DNA of 64,000 bases from Mobula hypostoma (GCF_963921235.1 NC_086097.1:242236001-242300000), one strand, 5' to 3'. Shown: positions 26,203 to 39,695, counted from the stretch's first letter. Notes: a model not told the origin generated them from the letters alone. Program-made: numbers and translations.

Positions 26203-26389
26203 AATGGGTTTGACACTGTATCAGAGTGGCCATGGTCACAGCCATGGTGCGCCCTACCCTCAACACTCAAAGGAAGTTAACCACAGCCATCAGCCAAATG
26301 CCAGCATACGCACGGCCTTCATCCATGTTGTGGGAGACTTCTTGCAAAGCGTTAGTGTGTTAATCAGTGCTCTTATAATTTTCTTCAAG
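26203..26389 (+). CDS. SLC30A8: ZnT8-like exon 5 (His-rich loop and TM5, HxxxD)
   Basis: 187 nt between ttatgcag and gttagt. Encodes MGLTLYQSGHGHSHGAPYPQHSKEVNHSHQPNASIRTAFIHVVGDFLQSVSVLISALIIFFK. Confidence 0.95.
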
Positions 26390-26567
26390 GTTAGTTCCCA
26401 TGTTATAATTTGCTTATATATTGTTGTTTATTGCTTATATATTTGTTTTTAATTATATTTGTTTGTTCAAAATATACTTATTATCACAGCATATATACTT
26501 TGTACAATCTTGAGATTTACCTCATTATAGGCAGCCAGAAAACAAAGAAACCCAATAGAAGTCATTT

Positions 26568-29390
26568 ATAACCATATAACAATATAACAATGACAGCACG
26601 GAAACAGGCCACCTCGGCCCTTCTAGTCCGTGCCGAACTCTTACACTTACCTAGTCCCACCGACCCGCACTCGGCCCATAACCCTCCATTCCTTTCCTGT
26701 CCATATAGCTGTCCAATTTAACTTTAAACGACAACATCGAACCTGCCTCAACCACTTCTGCTGGAAGCTCGTTCCACACAGCTACCACTCTCTGAGTAAA
26801 GAAGTTCCCCCTCATGTTACCCCTAAACTTTTCCCTTTAACTCTCAACTCGTGTCCTCTTGTTTGAATCTCCCCCACTCTCAATGGAAAAAGCCTATCCA
26901 CATCAACTCTATCTATCCCCCTCATAAATTTAAATACCTTTATCAAGTCCCCCCTCAACCTTCTACGTTCCAAAGAATAAAGACCCAACTTGTTTAACCT
27001 TTCTCTGTAACTTAGGTGATGAAACCCAAGTAACATTCTAGTAAATCTTCTCTGTACTCTCTCTATTTTGTTGACATCTTTCCTGTAATTCGTTGACCAA
27101 AACTGTACACAATACTCCAAATTTGGCCTCACCAATGCCTTGTACAATTTCAACATTACATCCCAACACCTATACTCAATACTCTGATTTATAAAGGCCA
27201 GCATACCAAAAGCTTTCTTCACCACCCTATCCACATGAGATTCCATCTTCAGGGAACTAGCTCCCTCTGTTCTACTGTATTCTTCAATGCCCTACCATTT
27301 ACCATGTATGTCCTATTTTGATTAGTCCTACCAAACTGCAGCACCTCACATTTATCAGCATTAAACTCCATCTGCCATCTATCAGCCCACTCTTCTAACT
27401 GGCCTAAATCTCTCTGCAAGCTTTGAAAACCTATTTCATTATCCACAACACCACCTATCTTAGTATCATCTGAATACTTACTCATCCAATTTACCACCCC
27501 ATCATCCAGATCATTAATATATGTGACAAACAACATTGGACCCAGTACCGATCCCTGAGGCACACCACTAGTCACCGGCCTCCAATCTGACAAACAGTTA
27601 TCCACCACCACTCTCTGGTGTCTCCGATCCAGCCACTGCTGAATCCATTTAACTACCTCAATATTAATACCTAATGATTGAACCTTCCTAACTAACCTTC
27701 CGTGTGGAACCTTGTCAAAGGCCTTACTGAAGTCCATATAGACAGCATCCACTGCTTTACCCTCGTCAACTTTCCTAGTAACCTCTTCAAAAAATTCAAT
27801 AAGATTTGTCAAACATGACCTTCCACGCACAAATCCATGTTGACTGTTCCTAATCAGACCCTGTCTGTCCAGATAATTATATATACCATCTCTAAGAATA
27901 CTTTCCATCAATTTACCCACCACTGACGTCAAACTCACAGGCCGATAATTGCTAGGTTTACTCTTAGAACCCTTTTTAAACAATGGAACAACATGAGCAA
28001 TACGCCAATCCTCCGGCACCATCCCTGTTTCTAATGACATTTGAAATATTTCTGTCAGAGCCCCTGCTATTTCTACATTAACTTCCCTCAAGGTCCTAGG
28101 GAATATCCTGTCAGGACCCGGAGACGTATCCACATTATATTCCTTAAAAGCACCAGCACTTCCTCTTCTTTAATCATCATAGTTTCCATAACTTCCCTAC
28201 CTGTTTCCCTTATCTTACACAATTCAATATCCTTCTCCTTCGTGAATACCAAAGAAAGGAAATTGTTCAGAATCTCCCCCATCTCTTTTGGCTCCACACA
28301 TAGCTGTCCGCTCTGATTCTCTAAGGGACAAATTTTATCCCTCACTATCCTTTTGCTATTAATATAACGGTAGAAACCCTTGGGATTTATTTTCACCTTA
28401 CTTGCCAAAGCAGCCTCATATCCTCTTTTAGCTTTTCTAATTTCTTTATTAAGATTCTTTTTACATTCTTTATATTCCTTGAGCACCTCATTTACTCCAT
28501 GCTGCCTATATTTATTGTAGATATCTCTCTTTTTTCAAACCAAGTTTCCAATATCCCTTGAAAACCATGGCTCTCTCAAACTTTTAATCTTTCCTTTCAA
28601 CCTAACAGGAACATGAAGATTCTGTACCCTCAAAATTTCACCTTTAAATGGCCTCCATTTCTCTATTACATTCTTCCCATAAAACAAATTGTCCCAGTCC
28701 ACTCCTTCTAAATCCTTTCTCATCTCCTTAAAGTTAGCCTTTTTCCAATCAAAAATCTCAACCCTGGGTCCAGACCTATCCTTCTCCATAATTATATTGA
28801 AACTAATAGCATTGTGATCACTGGACCCAAAGTGCTCCCCAACACAAACCTCCGTCACCTGACCTATCTCATTCCCTAACAGGAGATCCAACACTGTCCC
28901 TTCTCTAGCTGGTACCTCTATGTATTGCTGCAATAAACTATCCTGCACACATTTTACAAACACCAAACCATCCAGCTCTTTTACAGTATGGGCTTCCCAG
29001 TCTTTGTGTGGAAAATTAAAATCTCCCACAATCACAACCTTGTGCTGATTACAAATATCTGCTATCTCCTTACAAATTAGCTCCTCCAATTCTCGCTCCC
29101 CATTTGGTGGTCTATAATACACCCCCATAAGAGTTACTACACCTTTCCCATTCCTCAATTCAACCCAAATAGCCTTCCTAGACGAGCCCTCCAATCTATC
29201 CTGCCAGAGCACCGCTGTAATATTTTCTCTGACAAGCAATGCAACACCTCCCCCTCTTGTCCCTCCGATTCTGTAACACCTGAAGCAATTAAATCCAGGA
29301 ATATTTAGTTGCCAATCACACCCGTCCTGTAACTACGTTTCACTAATAGCTACCACATCATACTTCCAGGTATCAATCCACGCTGTAAGC
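26568..29390 (-). mobile_element. CR1-type LINE, near-complete ORF2 (endonuclease and RT) with few frameshifts
   Basis: ORFs 28535-29239 (GVYYRPP, GDFN, SDH), 27249-28133 (PQGSVLGP, YSDD) and 26812-27246; octamer-repeat tail. Confidence 0.95.
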
Positions 29391-29931
29391 TTTAAATAAA
29401 AAGAACACCATTAAACATTGTGTGAAGAGAGGAAAAAATTGTGTAAACACCAGGGGTGCGGTGTTAATTTTTTAGGTGCCTGAGCTGACAAAATGCTTGC
29501 CATTTCCTATATCCTCTCTATATATATGTCACACCCAATTTGTGTACCTGCTCATTTCATGTACTTCCTTGCCCCATTCATGTAATAAGCAGGTACACAA
29601 ATCGCGTGTGACATATATATGTGAATAGGGCTTCTTATAATGTCAAACACTAAACCAAGATGAAAGAAATATATGAATTCCAGAACTCCACAGAAATACA
29701 GTGATAGTTAAGACATTAACAAGATTATAGCCTATCACTACATTTCAGTGTATAACTGGTACAATAAAACATATAATACTTAATTTAATAATATAACAAA
29801 GTATTCCATGGTTGCACTCACTAATTATCATAAATTATAATTATCAAGCAAGTGAAGAAAAAGACAGTAATAATGTATTTTACCAATTTAAAAGTAATTA
29901 CCTACTTACCAAATGCCACCAATGAGAAATT

Positions 29932-31805
29932 TCACAATAATTTCCACAAAGGGTCAGGTGTAATATATGTTTGAGGGTCTGAAGCAACTCTTGTCCTGGT
30001 GTCATCTGCTGATCTGTGGTACCGCAGCCATGATGTGACATACAGCTCAGGATTCCACTGAACTAGAGGAGGTACGTGTAGTTTAACAAACATAAGCGTT
30101 GATACATGATTTATGAGAATCCTTGAAGGTGTTGTTGTTATTATCAAGTTCTTGTGACTGAATCCTCTCTCACACTCAGCAGTGCTAAAAGGAATAACTC
30201 GTGAACAGCTCAGTAATGGGCGTAAATCTTGGGGGATGCAGCGTCCACGATCCTCCATATAATCTCTGAAGGCATTTATTACAGAGGAAGAAGAAAGCTT
30301 AAACCTCTTACAGAGAGACGATATTGCAGCTTCTCCATAATTAGGTGGTATTTCAGCAGGCCAGTTATCTTTATCAAGGACACACATTTCATTTAGCAGG
30401 GATTTATATATACTTTGAGGTTTAGAAGTTTGAGAAACTTTCAAGGATGTTGTCGTGAACATACAGTGCTGCAAATTGTTTATAAAACTAGTAAGAAACT
30501 GTAGATAATTAATGGAGACAATTTTGTTGTTGCTTGTTAAGGTAATTTCTCCAAACTTCCCCTTTTCAACTGCCTCTTGAGCTTCTAGAGTTTTTGTACC
30601 AGGTTGCTCTTTCACTCCATGAAGTGATCTTATGCTCTGTTGGATCAGTTTGTCTGCATAAACAATCGAAGTAGTACATTTCTGTAAACATGCTGACAGT
30701 AAACCAAGTTCATGCAATGGGTCATACATCAGAGCTAAGTCCAATAGAAATTGTTCTGAAGAGAGTCTTTTCAGCAGACCTTCACAGGTTTTTCTGTCAC
30801 TCCCAGATCTTGTTTCATCCTTCATTGCTTTTTCAAAATGAAAACACAGTGCTTCATAATTTTGCCACACTGCTGAAACTGTTCGAAACAAGCTAGCTCC
30901 CCACCTGGTGCCCAGAACACGGCCTATTTTGCAAATTTGTTGTTCTAGTTGAGAGGCACATTCAGACAGTTCCTTCTGATTTAGAGGTGATCTACTGTAA
31001 AAAGAGTACAATTTGTCCATAAATGATAGAAAATGGTTTATTCCATGCACTTCTCTCACTGAATCACCTACTGCAAGTTCTAATCTGTGATTAAGACAGT
31101 GCCAAATTATCACATCAGGGTAATGTTCCTTGAGGTCTGTAGCAGATTTGACACCAAGCATTACGCTTGCCCCATCACTAGCAAATGCTACAAGGTTCTG
31201 TTTCAACTAAGAGTCATCAAACCCATGGTTATTGGGACAGTTCAACAGATGCTTAGCAATAGTTGCAGCTTTCTGATCAGGCAGTTCAATTAGATCTAAA
31301 AACATAAAATGGGGATCATCTTCCTTATCACTTTTACATTTCAGATAAACTATTAGGGTGGTCTTAATGCTCAGGCTTGTTGATTCATCAATGAGAACAG
31401 AAAATTTGCCACTTATCTGCTTGATATGCTGGCAAATTTTCTTTTTCATATTACTGGCTTTGTGATTCCTTATCTCTGTTGCACTAGTGCAGGAATGCAG
31501 TCCAATTCCAATGTCAATACCACTTTTTTCTGAAGTTCCAATAAGCCAAAGTGATCAGAGTATGGTCTGTCATTCTGAGCTAAATAATATGCAGAATGAA
31601 AAATTGAACAAGTTGCCTTTAGATGCGAAGCATTCATGGTGTCACATAATTTTCCAAGAGCATCTTCACTAGCTATATTTTCAACACTTAGAGCAGCAGT
31701 GTGTACTTTTGATAGTCTGTGATCAACAATTTTTTTTCTGAGAGACTTCAAGCGTGTACTTCGATCGGCTCCATAATAGGATACTTGGTACATCTGCCAT
31801 GCCAA
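29932..31805 (-). pseudogene. Decayed hAT transposase core
   Basis: VLIDEST, ASDGAS, HCLNHRLEL, TRW and STAECERGFS motifs; in-frame stop at 31207-31209 and frameshifts near 31450-31520. Confidence 0.88.
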
Positions 31806-32215
31806 TTCTCCCGTGATCTTTAAGTTCTTGAGGCTGTAGCACTTTACATAGCTAGCCAGCCATCCCTTACTATCCTTAAACTCCTTCCACTCGCTCTCCT
31901 CAACCCTGTCTCATAGTGCTCATAGAGGCTAAGTGGTTTTTCACGCATAATTTTGCCATCAACAGGGATATGCTTCTGTAACATGTCCTCTAGCCACACA
32001 CTTAATGCTTTCTCAGTCTTTGCAAGCACTTTATTATGAACCAGAGAGGCCATTTTTGCCATTGTAGGGGTAGCACTAACACTTCCACGAAGTTCAGCTT
32101 CTTTCTGCTTTATTGTGCGAATGCTTGATTCATTCTTACCGACCTTCTGGCCCACTTCGGCATGCGACATGCCACTTTTCAAAAGATCTAAGATGTTTAT
32201 TTTCTCGGCGAACAA
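31806..32215 (-). pseudogene. Tigger/pogo CENP-B-type bipartite HTH DNA-binding domain
   Basis: EKINILDLLKSGMSHAEVGQKVGKNESSIRTI...EKALSVWLED...IMREK.LSLY, then after one frameshift FKDSKGWLASYVKCYSLKNLKITGE. Confidence 0.85.
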
Positions 32216-32362
32216 TGCTCAAACAACGAGCGCTGGAGAGAGACTGAGGATCTGTGAAATGGCGGGAGGCTACAGCAGGGTATGCTGGGACAACGGGTCG
32301 AGCGAGGAGGAATTTCATGAAACAGTCACAGCTCCAGGATTTCACCAAAAACGATCAAATAT

Positions 32363-34910
32363 CAATAGGCAATAGACAATAGGTGCAGGAGTAGGCCATA
32401 CGGCCCTTCGAGCCAGCACCGCCATTCACTGTGATCATGGCTGATCATCCACAATCAGTATCCAGTTCCTGCCTTATCCCCATAACCTTTGATTCCACTA
32501 TCTTTAAGAGCTCTATCCATCTCTTTCTTGAAAGCATCCAGACACTTGGCCTCCACAGCCTTCTGGGGCAGAGCATTCCATATATCCACCACTCTCTGGG
32601 TGAAAAAGTTTTTCCTCAACTCCGTTCTAAATGGCCTACCCCTAATTCTTAAACTGTAGCCTCTGGTTCTGGACTCACCCGTCAGTGGGAACATGCTTCC
32701 TGCCTGCAGCATGTCCAATCCCTTAATAACCTTATATGTTTCAATAAGATCCCCTCTCAGCTTTCTAAATTCCAGAATATACAAGCCCAGTGGCTCCAAT
32801 CTTTCGACATATGACAGTCCCGCCATCCCAGGAATTAACCTTGTGAACCTACGCTGCACTCCCTCAATAGCAAGAATGTCCTTCCTCAAATTTGGAGACC
32901 AAAACTGCACACAGTACTCCAGGTGTGGTCTCACCAGGGCCCTGTACAGCTGCAGAAGGACCTCTTTGCTCTTATACTCAATTCCCCTTGTTATGAAGGC
33001 CAGCATGCCATTAGCTTTCTTCACTGCCTGCTGTACTTGCATGCTTGCTTTCAGTGACTGATGTACAAGAATACCTAGATCTCATTGTGCTTCCCCTTTT
33101 CCCAACTTGACTCCATTTAGATAATAATCTGCCTTCCCGTTCTTACCACCAAAGTGGATAACCTCACATTTATCCACATTAAACTGCATCTGCCATGCAT
33201 CTGCCCACTCACCCAGCCTGTCCAAGTCGCACTGCATTCTCATAACATCCTCCTCACATTTCACACTGCCTCCCAGCTTTGTGTCATCGGCAAATTTGCT
33301 AATGTTACTTTCAATTCCCTCATCTAAATCATTAATATATATTGTAAACAGCTGCAGTCCCAGCACTGAACCCTGCGTTACCCCACTGGTCACCGCCTGC
33401 CATTCCGAAAGGGACCCGTTAATCGCTACTCTTTGTTTTCTGTCAGCCAGCCAATTTTCAGTCCACTGCCCCCAATACCATGTGCCCTAATTTTGCCCAC
33501 TAATCTCCTATGTGGGACTTTATCAAAGGCTTTCTGAAAGTCCAGGTACACTACATCCACTGGCTCTCCCTTGTCCATTTTCATAGTTACATCCTCAAAA
33601 TATTCCAGAAGATTAGTCAAGCACGATTTCCCCTTCGTAAATCCATGCTGACTCGGACCAATCCTGTTACTACTATCCAGATATGTCGTAATTTCATCTT
33701 TTATAATTGACTCCAGCATCTTTCCCACCATCGACATCAGGCTAATCGGTCTATAATTCCCTGTTTTCTCTCTTCCTCCCTTCTTGAAGAGAGGAACAAC
33801 ATTAGCCACCCTCCAATCCACAGGAACTGATCCTGAATCTATAGAACATTGGAAAATGATTACCAATGCGTCCACGATTTCTAAAGCCACCTCCTTAAGT
33901 ACCCTGGGATGCAGACCATCAGGTCCCGGGGACTTATCAGCCTTCAGACCCAGCAGCCTATCCAACACCATTTCCTGCCTAATATAAATTTCCTTCAGTT
34001 CATCCATTACCCTAGGTCCTTTGGCTGCTATTATATCTGGGAGATTGTTTGTGTCTTCCCTAGTGAAGACAGATCCAAAGTACCTGTTCAACTCGTCTGC
34101 CATTTCCTTGTTCCCCATAATAAATTCACCCGCTTCTGACTTCAAGGGCCCAATTTTGGTCTTAACTATTTTTTTCCTTTTCACGTACTTAAAGAAACTT
34201 TTACTATCCTCCTTTATATTCTTGGCTAGTTTGCCTTCGTACCTCATTTTTTCTCTGTGTATTGCCTTTTTAGTTACCTTCTGTTGCCCTTTAAAAGTTT
34301 CCCAATCCTCCGGCTTCCCACTCATCTTTGCTATGTTATACTTCTCTTTTATTTTTATACTGTCCATTACTTCCCTTGTCAGCCACAGCCTCCCCTTACT
34401 CCCCTTAGGATCTTTCTTCCTCTTTGGAACGAACTGATCCTGCACCTTCTGCATTATTCCCAGAAACACTTGCCATTGCTGTCCACTGTCATCCCTGCTA
34501 GGGTATTGTTCCATTGAACTTTGGCCAGATCCTCCCTCATAGCACCATAGTTCCCTTTGTTCAACTGTAATACTGACACTTCCGAGTTTCCCTTCTCCCT
34601 CTCAAATTGTAGATTAAAACTTATCATATAATGGTCACTACCTCCTAATGGCTCCTTTACCTCGAGGTCCCTGATCAAATCCAGTTCATTGCACAACACT
34701 AAATCTAGAATTGTGTTCTCTCTGGTAGGCTCCAGTACAAGCTGTTCTAAGAATCCATCTCGGAGGGACTCCACAACTCCCTTTCTTGGGGTCCAGTACC
34801 AAACTGATTCCTCCAGTCTACCTGCATGTTGAAGTCCCCCATAACAACTGTAGCATTACCTTTGTGACATGCCAATTTTAACTCTTGATTCAACTTACAC
34901 CCTACATCCT
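32363..34910 (-). mobile_element. CR1-type LINE nested inside the hAT element
   Basis: ORFs 34454-34774, 33426-34514, 33082-33393 (FADD) and 32455-33042; caatag-repeat tail. Confidence 0.95.
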
Positions 34911-36800
34911 AATGTTGTTAGTGGTATTTTCCCCACCAGCCACCAGCCCCTCTCCCCAACCCCTGCTTCCGTAAAATTCCCTCTATTTAATATGCGGCCG
35001 CTGTTAAATTCCCCACTTGTTAATTTTGACTTTTGTTTAGTAGAGGTGCTGGAGCAGTGCTCCGGTGAGCTTCGGCAGCACTGTACCCCTAGTAAACACT
35101 AAAAGTAAGCAAATAGCATTCCGAACGAAAATGAGTCCACAGACGCGGAGCCAGGCATTGCTGCAGCCACAGCAGACCACAGCCTCAGTTCAGCGCAGAG
35201 CCAAGTAAACGTCATGGAGCAGCAAGCAGAACTGGCCCAGGCTGTGCCTCCAGCCTCAACTCCCTGACCTTTTAAATCTGGCCCACCACTTCATTTGTTC
35301 AAACCTCGAGAGACTCCTCACTTCTGGACCGGGCCCTCCCTGCCATTTCCATGTGCACTCAGCCCAGTGCCCAGCCACCTCAGTTCGGCTTGCACCCGAC
35401 CCGTCCAGTTCAGCCTGGCGCTTAAAACGATCAAACCTTGGATCTTTCCCGGCTCTGCCTTGACTCTGCCTCGCCTCAGTTATGCCGCATCGAATCGGCT
35501 CCAAGTGTGCTCCAGCAATGGCCAAACGTTGGCTCATTCGCCACTCTCCAGCACAGGCCCCACAGCCTATACACGCCACATACAACATTTCTTGATTTCT
35601 ATCGCATTTGTTATATTTTGCTATAAGATTGGGGTGGAATGGTATCATAGCAGTTACCTCAATTGTTTTATAGCGACAGGGATTGCCAATCACCAGTTGG
35701 GATTGGATTTCCGCCCTGTCTGTAAGGAGTTTGTATTTCCTCCTGGGTTTCCCCCGGGAGCTCTGATTTCCTCCCATATTAAAAAAGACATCTGGTTAGG
35801 GTGAGTGAGTTGTGGGCATGCTCTATTGACACCTCTATACAGCTCTATCACTTGCATTTTGTAACTCTAGGATTATCTGTGCTAATACTTAGAAACAAAA
35901 GAAAATCTCAAATTAGAGGTCAATTTTTATTTCTTGATATTAGTGTCTGTAGAATGACAAAGGTAGATTTAAAAAAAATAAAATAGATAAACAGCATAGT
36001 TAGGAATTTTGTTACAATACCTACAAATGGTATTCATTAAATGAGCTAAGGTAGTTTCTGTGCATCTAGGGAAGGTTTACCTGTAAAATAAACATTGGCT
36101 TTCAATTATTTAAATAGTAAGTATATATGGACACCTTAACAATCACTTAATTCCTTCCTCTAGTTCTCTGTATTATTCAAAAGTTTGGTGAATTTTTACA
36201 TTCATGAAAGGTGAGGGGGGTAATTTTAAAGGAAATATGAGGGGTAAATCTTTTTCCACAGAGGGTGGTGGGTGCCTTGAATGCGCTGCCTGGGGCGGTA
36301 GGTCATGGATTTTTAAGAGACGTTTAGATAGGCACATGAATGAAAGATGGTGTGGGCAGGAGGAATGAGCCATTTGATTACAAATTTAATTGGTTCAGCA
36401 TAGCATTGTGGGCCAAAGTGTGTGTGTTCCTGTGGTTACTGTTCTATGTTCTGTTACCATGGCGATTAGAAGTTAAAGATTAGCTGCATTTGTTAAATGT
36501 ACATTTGAAACACGCAGTGAAATGCATTGTTTGCGTCTCTGACCTGCACAGTCCGACATATGTTGGGGGCAGCCTGCAGGTGTCGCTATGCTTCTGGCAC
36601 TGACATAGCATGCCCACAACTCACTGACCTGTACATCTCTGAGACATGGGAGGAAACCCGAGTACCCAGAGGAAATCCACGTGGTCACAGGGAGAACGTA
36701 CAAACTCCTTATCGACAGCGGGGACGGCAATTGAACCCAGATCACCAGCACTGTAAAGCGTTATGCTAACCACTACAATACTGATTCTGTAGCAATGCTG

Positions 36801-37116
36801 GATGGGCACGTGGCCAAGCGGTTAAGGCATTGGACTAGCGACCTGAAGGTCATGAGTTCGAGCCCCAGCCGAGGGAATGTGTTGTGTCCTTGAGCAAGGC
36901 ACTTAATCACACATTGCTCTGCAACGACACTGGTGCCAAGCTGCATGGGTCCTAATGCCCTTCTCTTGGACAACATTGGTGTCATGGAGAGGGGAGACTT
37001 GCAGCATGGGCAACTGCTAGTCTTCCATACAACCTTGCCCAGGCCTGCGCCCTGGAGAGTGAAGACTTTCCAGGCGCAAATCCATGGTCTCACAAGACTA
37101 ACGGATGCCTTTACTA
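36801..37116 (+). mobile_element. tRNA-derived CORE-like SINE, tail type B
   Basis: A-box tggccaagcgg, B-box gagttcgagcc; TSD TAGCAATGCTG at 36790-36800 and 37117-37127. Confidence 0.88.
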
Positions 37117-39324
37117 TAGCAATGCTGAAATGCTCATAAACTGGAGATAAATTGATAGTTAAAGTTCACCACCACTGCTTACGTTTTCTCAGAAAATTAC
37201 ACTCTGATATGACTGAGTAAATTTTTTGGCTGTCTCAAACTCAGAATCGGATCAGATTCAGATTCATTTATTTATCACGGATACATCGAAGCGTGCAGTG
37301 AAGTGCGTTATCAATGAGCACGATCTAAGGATGTGCCGGGGGCAGCCCACAAGTGTTGCCACACATTCCGGCGCCAACATAAAATGCCCACAATGTTGAG
37401 CAGAGCAACTCAGAACACACAGGCAACAAAATAATAACACCAAAACAAACCTCTTTCCTCCTTTCCACCCACACATCCACACAGAGGCCTCCAGCCCCAG
37501 GACAAGTTGCTGGGCCCCTAACCTCCATTAGACTTGCAGACTCATAGACAACGGGCCTCTGACTTCCCCAGTGGATTTCAGACAGGTAGATCCGGAGCCC
37601 GGGTCACCAGGCTTCAACTTCTGGACTTCAGATCAACCATCGGGCTTCGATCTTCCGTATTGACCCCAGGTCTAGCCCCGAACTCCAGGCCATGAACTCC
37701 GGGCACACCGACTCCTGTGCCTAGGGTCACAGACGGACATCCAATCCGGTGATCCACTGACCGGTCCTCGCAGTACCCCTTCCACACTTGACCGTCGGCA
37801 ATCAGCGACCGCAATTCGATTCCCGCTGTTGTCTGCAAAAGAGTTTGTGCGTTCTCCCATGTGAGTTTCCTCTGGGTGCTCCGACTTCCCCCCACATTTC
37901 AGACACTTATGGGTTAAGGTGAGTTAGTTGTGGACATGCTCTGTTGGCACCAGAAGCACAGTGCACTTACAGGCACATCTTCGGACAGTGTTGGTTGTTG
38001 ATGCTAATAATGTACTTCACTGCACGTTTCAGTGTTTTTCTGTACAGAGCTGTGCAAATGTCAGTGGCACATATATATAGCTAGTGTGCCTAAGACCTCT
38101 GCACAGTTTGTAAATCTGGCGGGAGTAAAGATATTGAGAATAGTGAGTGTGGAGCACCATGGGAGGGGTGTGAGACTGTTTGCAGGGGTGGGGTGTGGCG
38201 TAGGTGCAGACACAGACAACCCTGAGACACTGGACAAGGTCATGTGATTCCAAACAATTGGTGTATTGATCATTACAGAATATCTCTCTGGTGCTTCCCG
38301 CTCCCTCCCCTCTCCCTTCGGCTTTTCCCAATCATGATTCCCCTCTCCTTGCCCCCTTCCCACTCTCAGTCCACAACAGAGACCTGTATCAGAATCAGGT
38401 TTACCGTCACTCACATGTCATGAAATTGGTTTTGTTTTTGTGGCAGTAGTACAGTGCAATACATAAAATTATGACAGTATTGTGCAAAAGTCTTAGGCAC
38501 CCTGGCATTACATTGAGTCATAGAGTAATCAAAAGTTATGGCACAGAAACTGGCCCTTCAGCACATCTAGACCATGCCAAACCATTTAAGCTGCCTACTC
38601 CCATCGACCTGCTGTGGGACCACAGCCCTCCATACCCCTACCATCCATATACCTGTCTAAACTTCCCTTAAACATTGAAATTGAGCTTGCATTCACCACT
38701 TGCGCCAGCTGCTTGTTCCACACTCTCACCACCCAATGAGTGAAGAAGTTTCCCCTCAATTTCCCCTTAACCTTTCACCTTTCAGCCTTAACCCATGACC
38801 TCTGGTTGTGGTCCTACCCAACCTCAGTGGAAAAAGGCTACCTGCATTTACCCTATCTATACCCTCCATAATTTTGCATATCTTCATCAAATATCCTCTT
38901 GATTGTTTTCATTCAGATAAATAAATTCCTAACCTATTCAATCTTTCCTTATTACTCAGGTCCTCCAATCCAGCAACATCCTTGTAAACTTTCTCGGTAA
39001 TTTTTCAACCTTATTTACATCTTTCCTGTGGGTAGGAGACCAAAACTGCACACAATACTCCAAACTAGGCCTCACCAATGTCTTATACAGTCTCAACAAA
39101 CATCCTATCTCCTGTACTCAATACTTCGATTTATGAAGGCCAATGTGCTAAAACTTTCTTATATCTGTTCATGTCTTACATCAGTTCTGTACAAGTGACA
39201 GAAAAGCTGATCTTTAATCATGTCTTCACACCTTTTAACCTGAGTCCTCTAGTTGCCAATTGTAAGGATAGATCAGGAGCATCTCCACAAGAACGAAAGA
39301 TACATGCCTATTGGGCCTCTTGGT

Positions 39325-39695
39325 GCCTTATTAGGGTAGTGAGGTGGAGATATGTCTCTACCAAAGGCGGTTCTCCTTCCCTCCAGTAGCCCACAGGTCA
39401 CCCTAACCACTTGCTTAGCCCTCCGGACAGGGTCACGTGAAGCCGTGGGATCAGGTGGTGGACGGTCGTATGAGCAGCCGGTGCATAACACAAGTCCTGG
39501 TTCTGCGACCACTGATGCCAATCAATCTCTGAAGAGTATTGGTAATGGCTGGGGTCACCTGTCTTGTAAAGACACTGACCAGAAGAAGGCAATGGCAAAC
39601 CAACTCTGTAGAAAAATTTGCCGAGAACAATTGTGGTCATAGACCATGATCACCCATGTCACATGACATGGCACATAATGATGATGGTGATGGTA
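39325..39695 (+). mobile_element. Non-autonomous retroelement (RTE/Vingi-like) with (ATG)n tail
   Basis: gaaggcaatggcaaacc motif and atgatgatg tail; inverted copy at about 50010-50380. Confidence 0.55.

Larger units (their letters stand above)
29451..35091 (-). mobile_element. hAT DNA transposon (KIAA1586/ZNF862-like) with a Tigger-type segment and a nested CR1
   Basis: 8-bp TSD GTAAACAC at 29443-29450 and 35092-35099; imperfect TIRs CAGGGGTGCGGTGTT / TAGGGGTACAGTGCT. Confidence 0.85.

Noticed and set aside
35256..35804. Overlapping 173-aa and 169-aa ORFs
   Set aside because: No recognisable motifs; they span repeat and SINE fragments in GC-rich sequence.
36801..36880. tRNA gene
   Set aside because: The A and B boxes continue into a SINE core and tail flanked by a TSD; this is a SINE head, as are 57395 and 20545.
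39325..39400. Second HDV-like fold at the 5' end of the (ATG)n-tailed family
   Set aside because: I could not assemble a consistent P1/P2/P3 from the two decayed copies.
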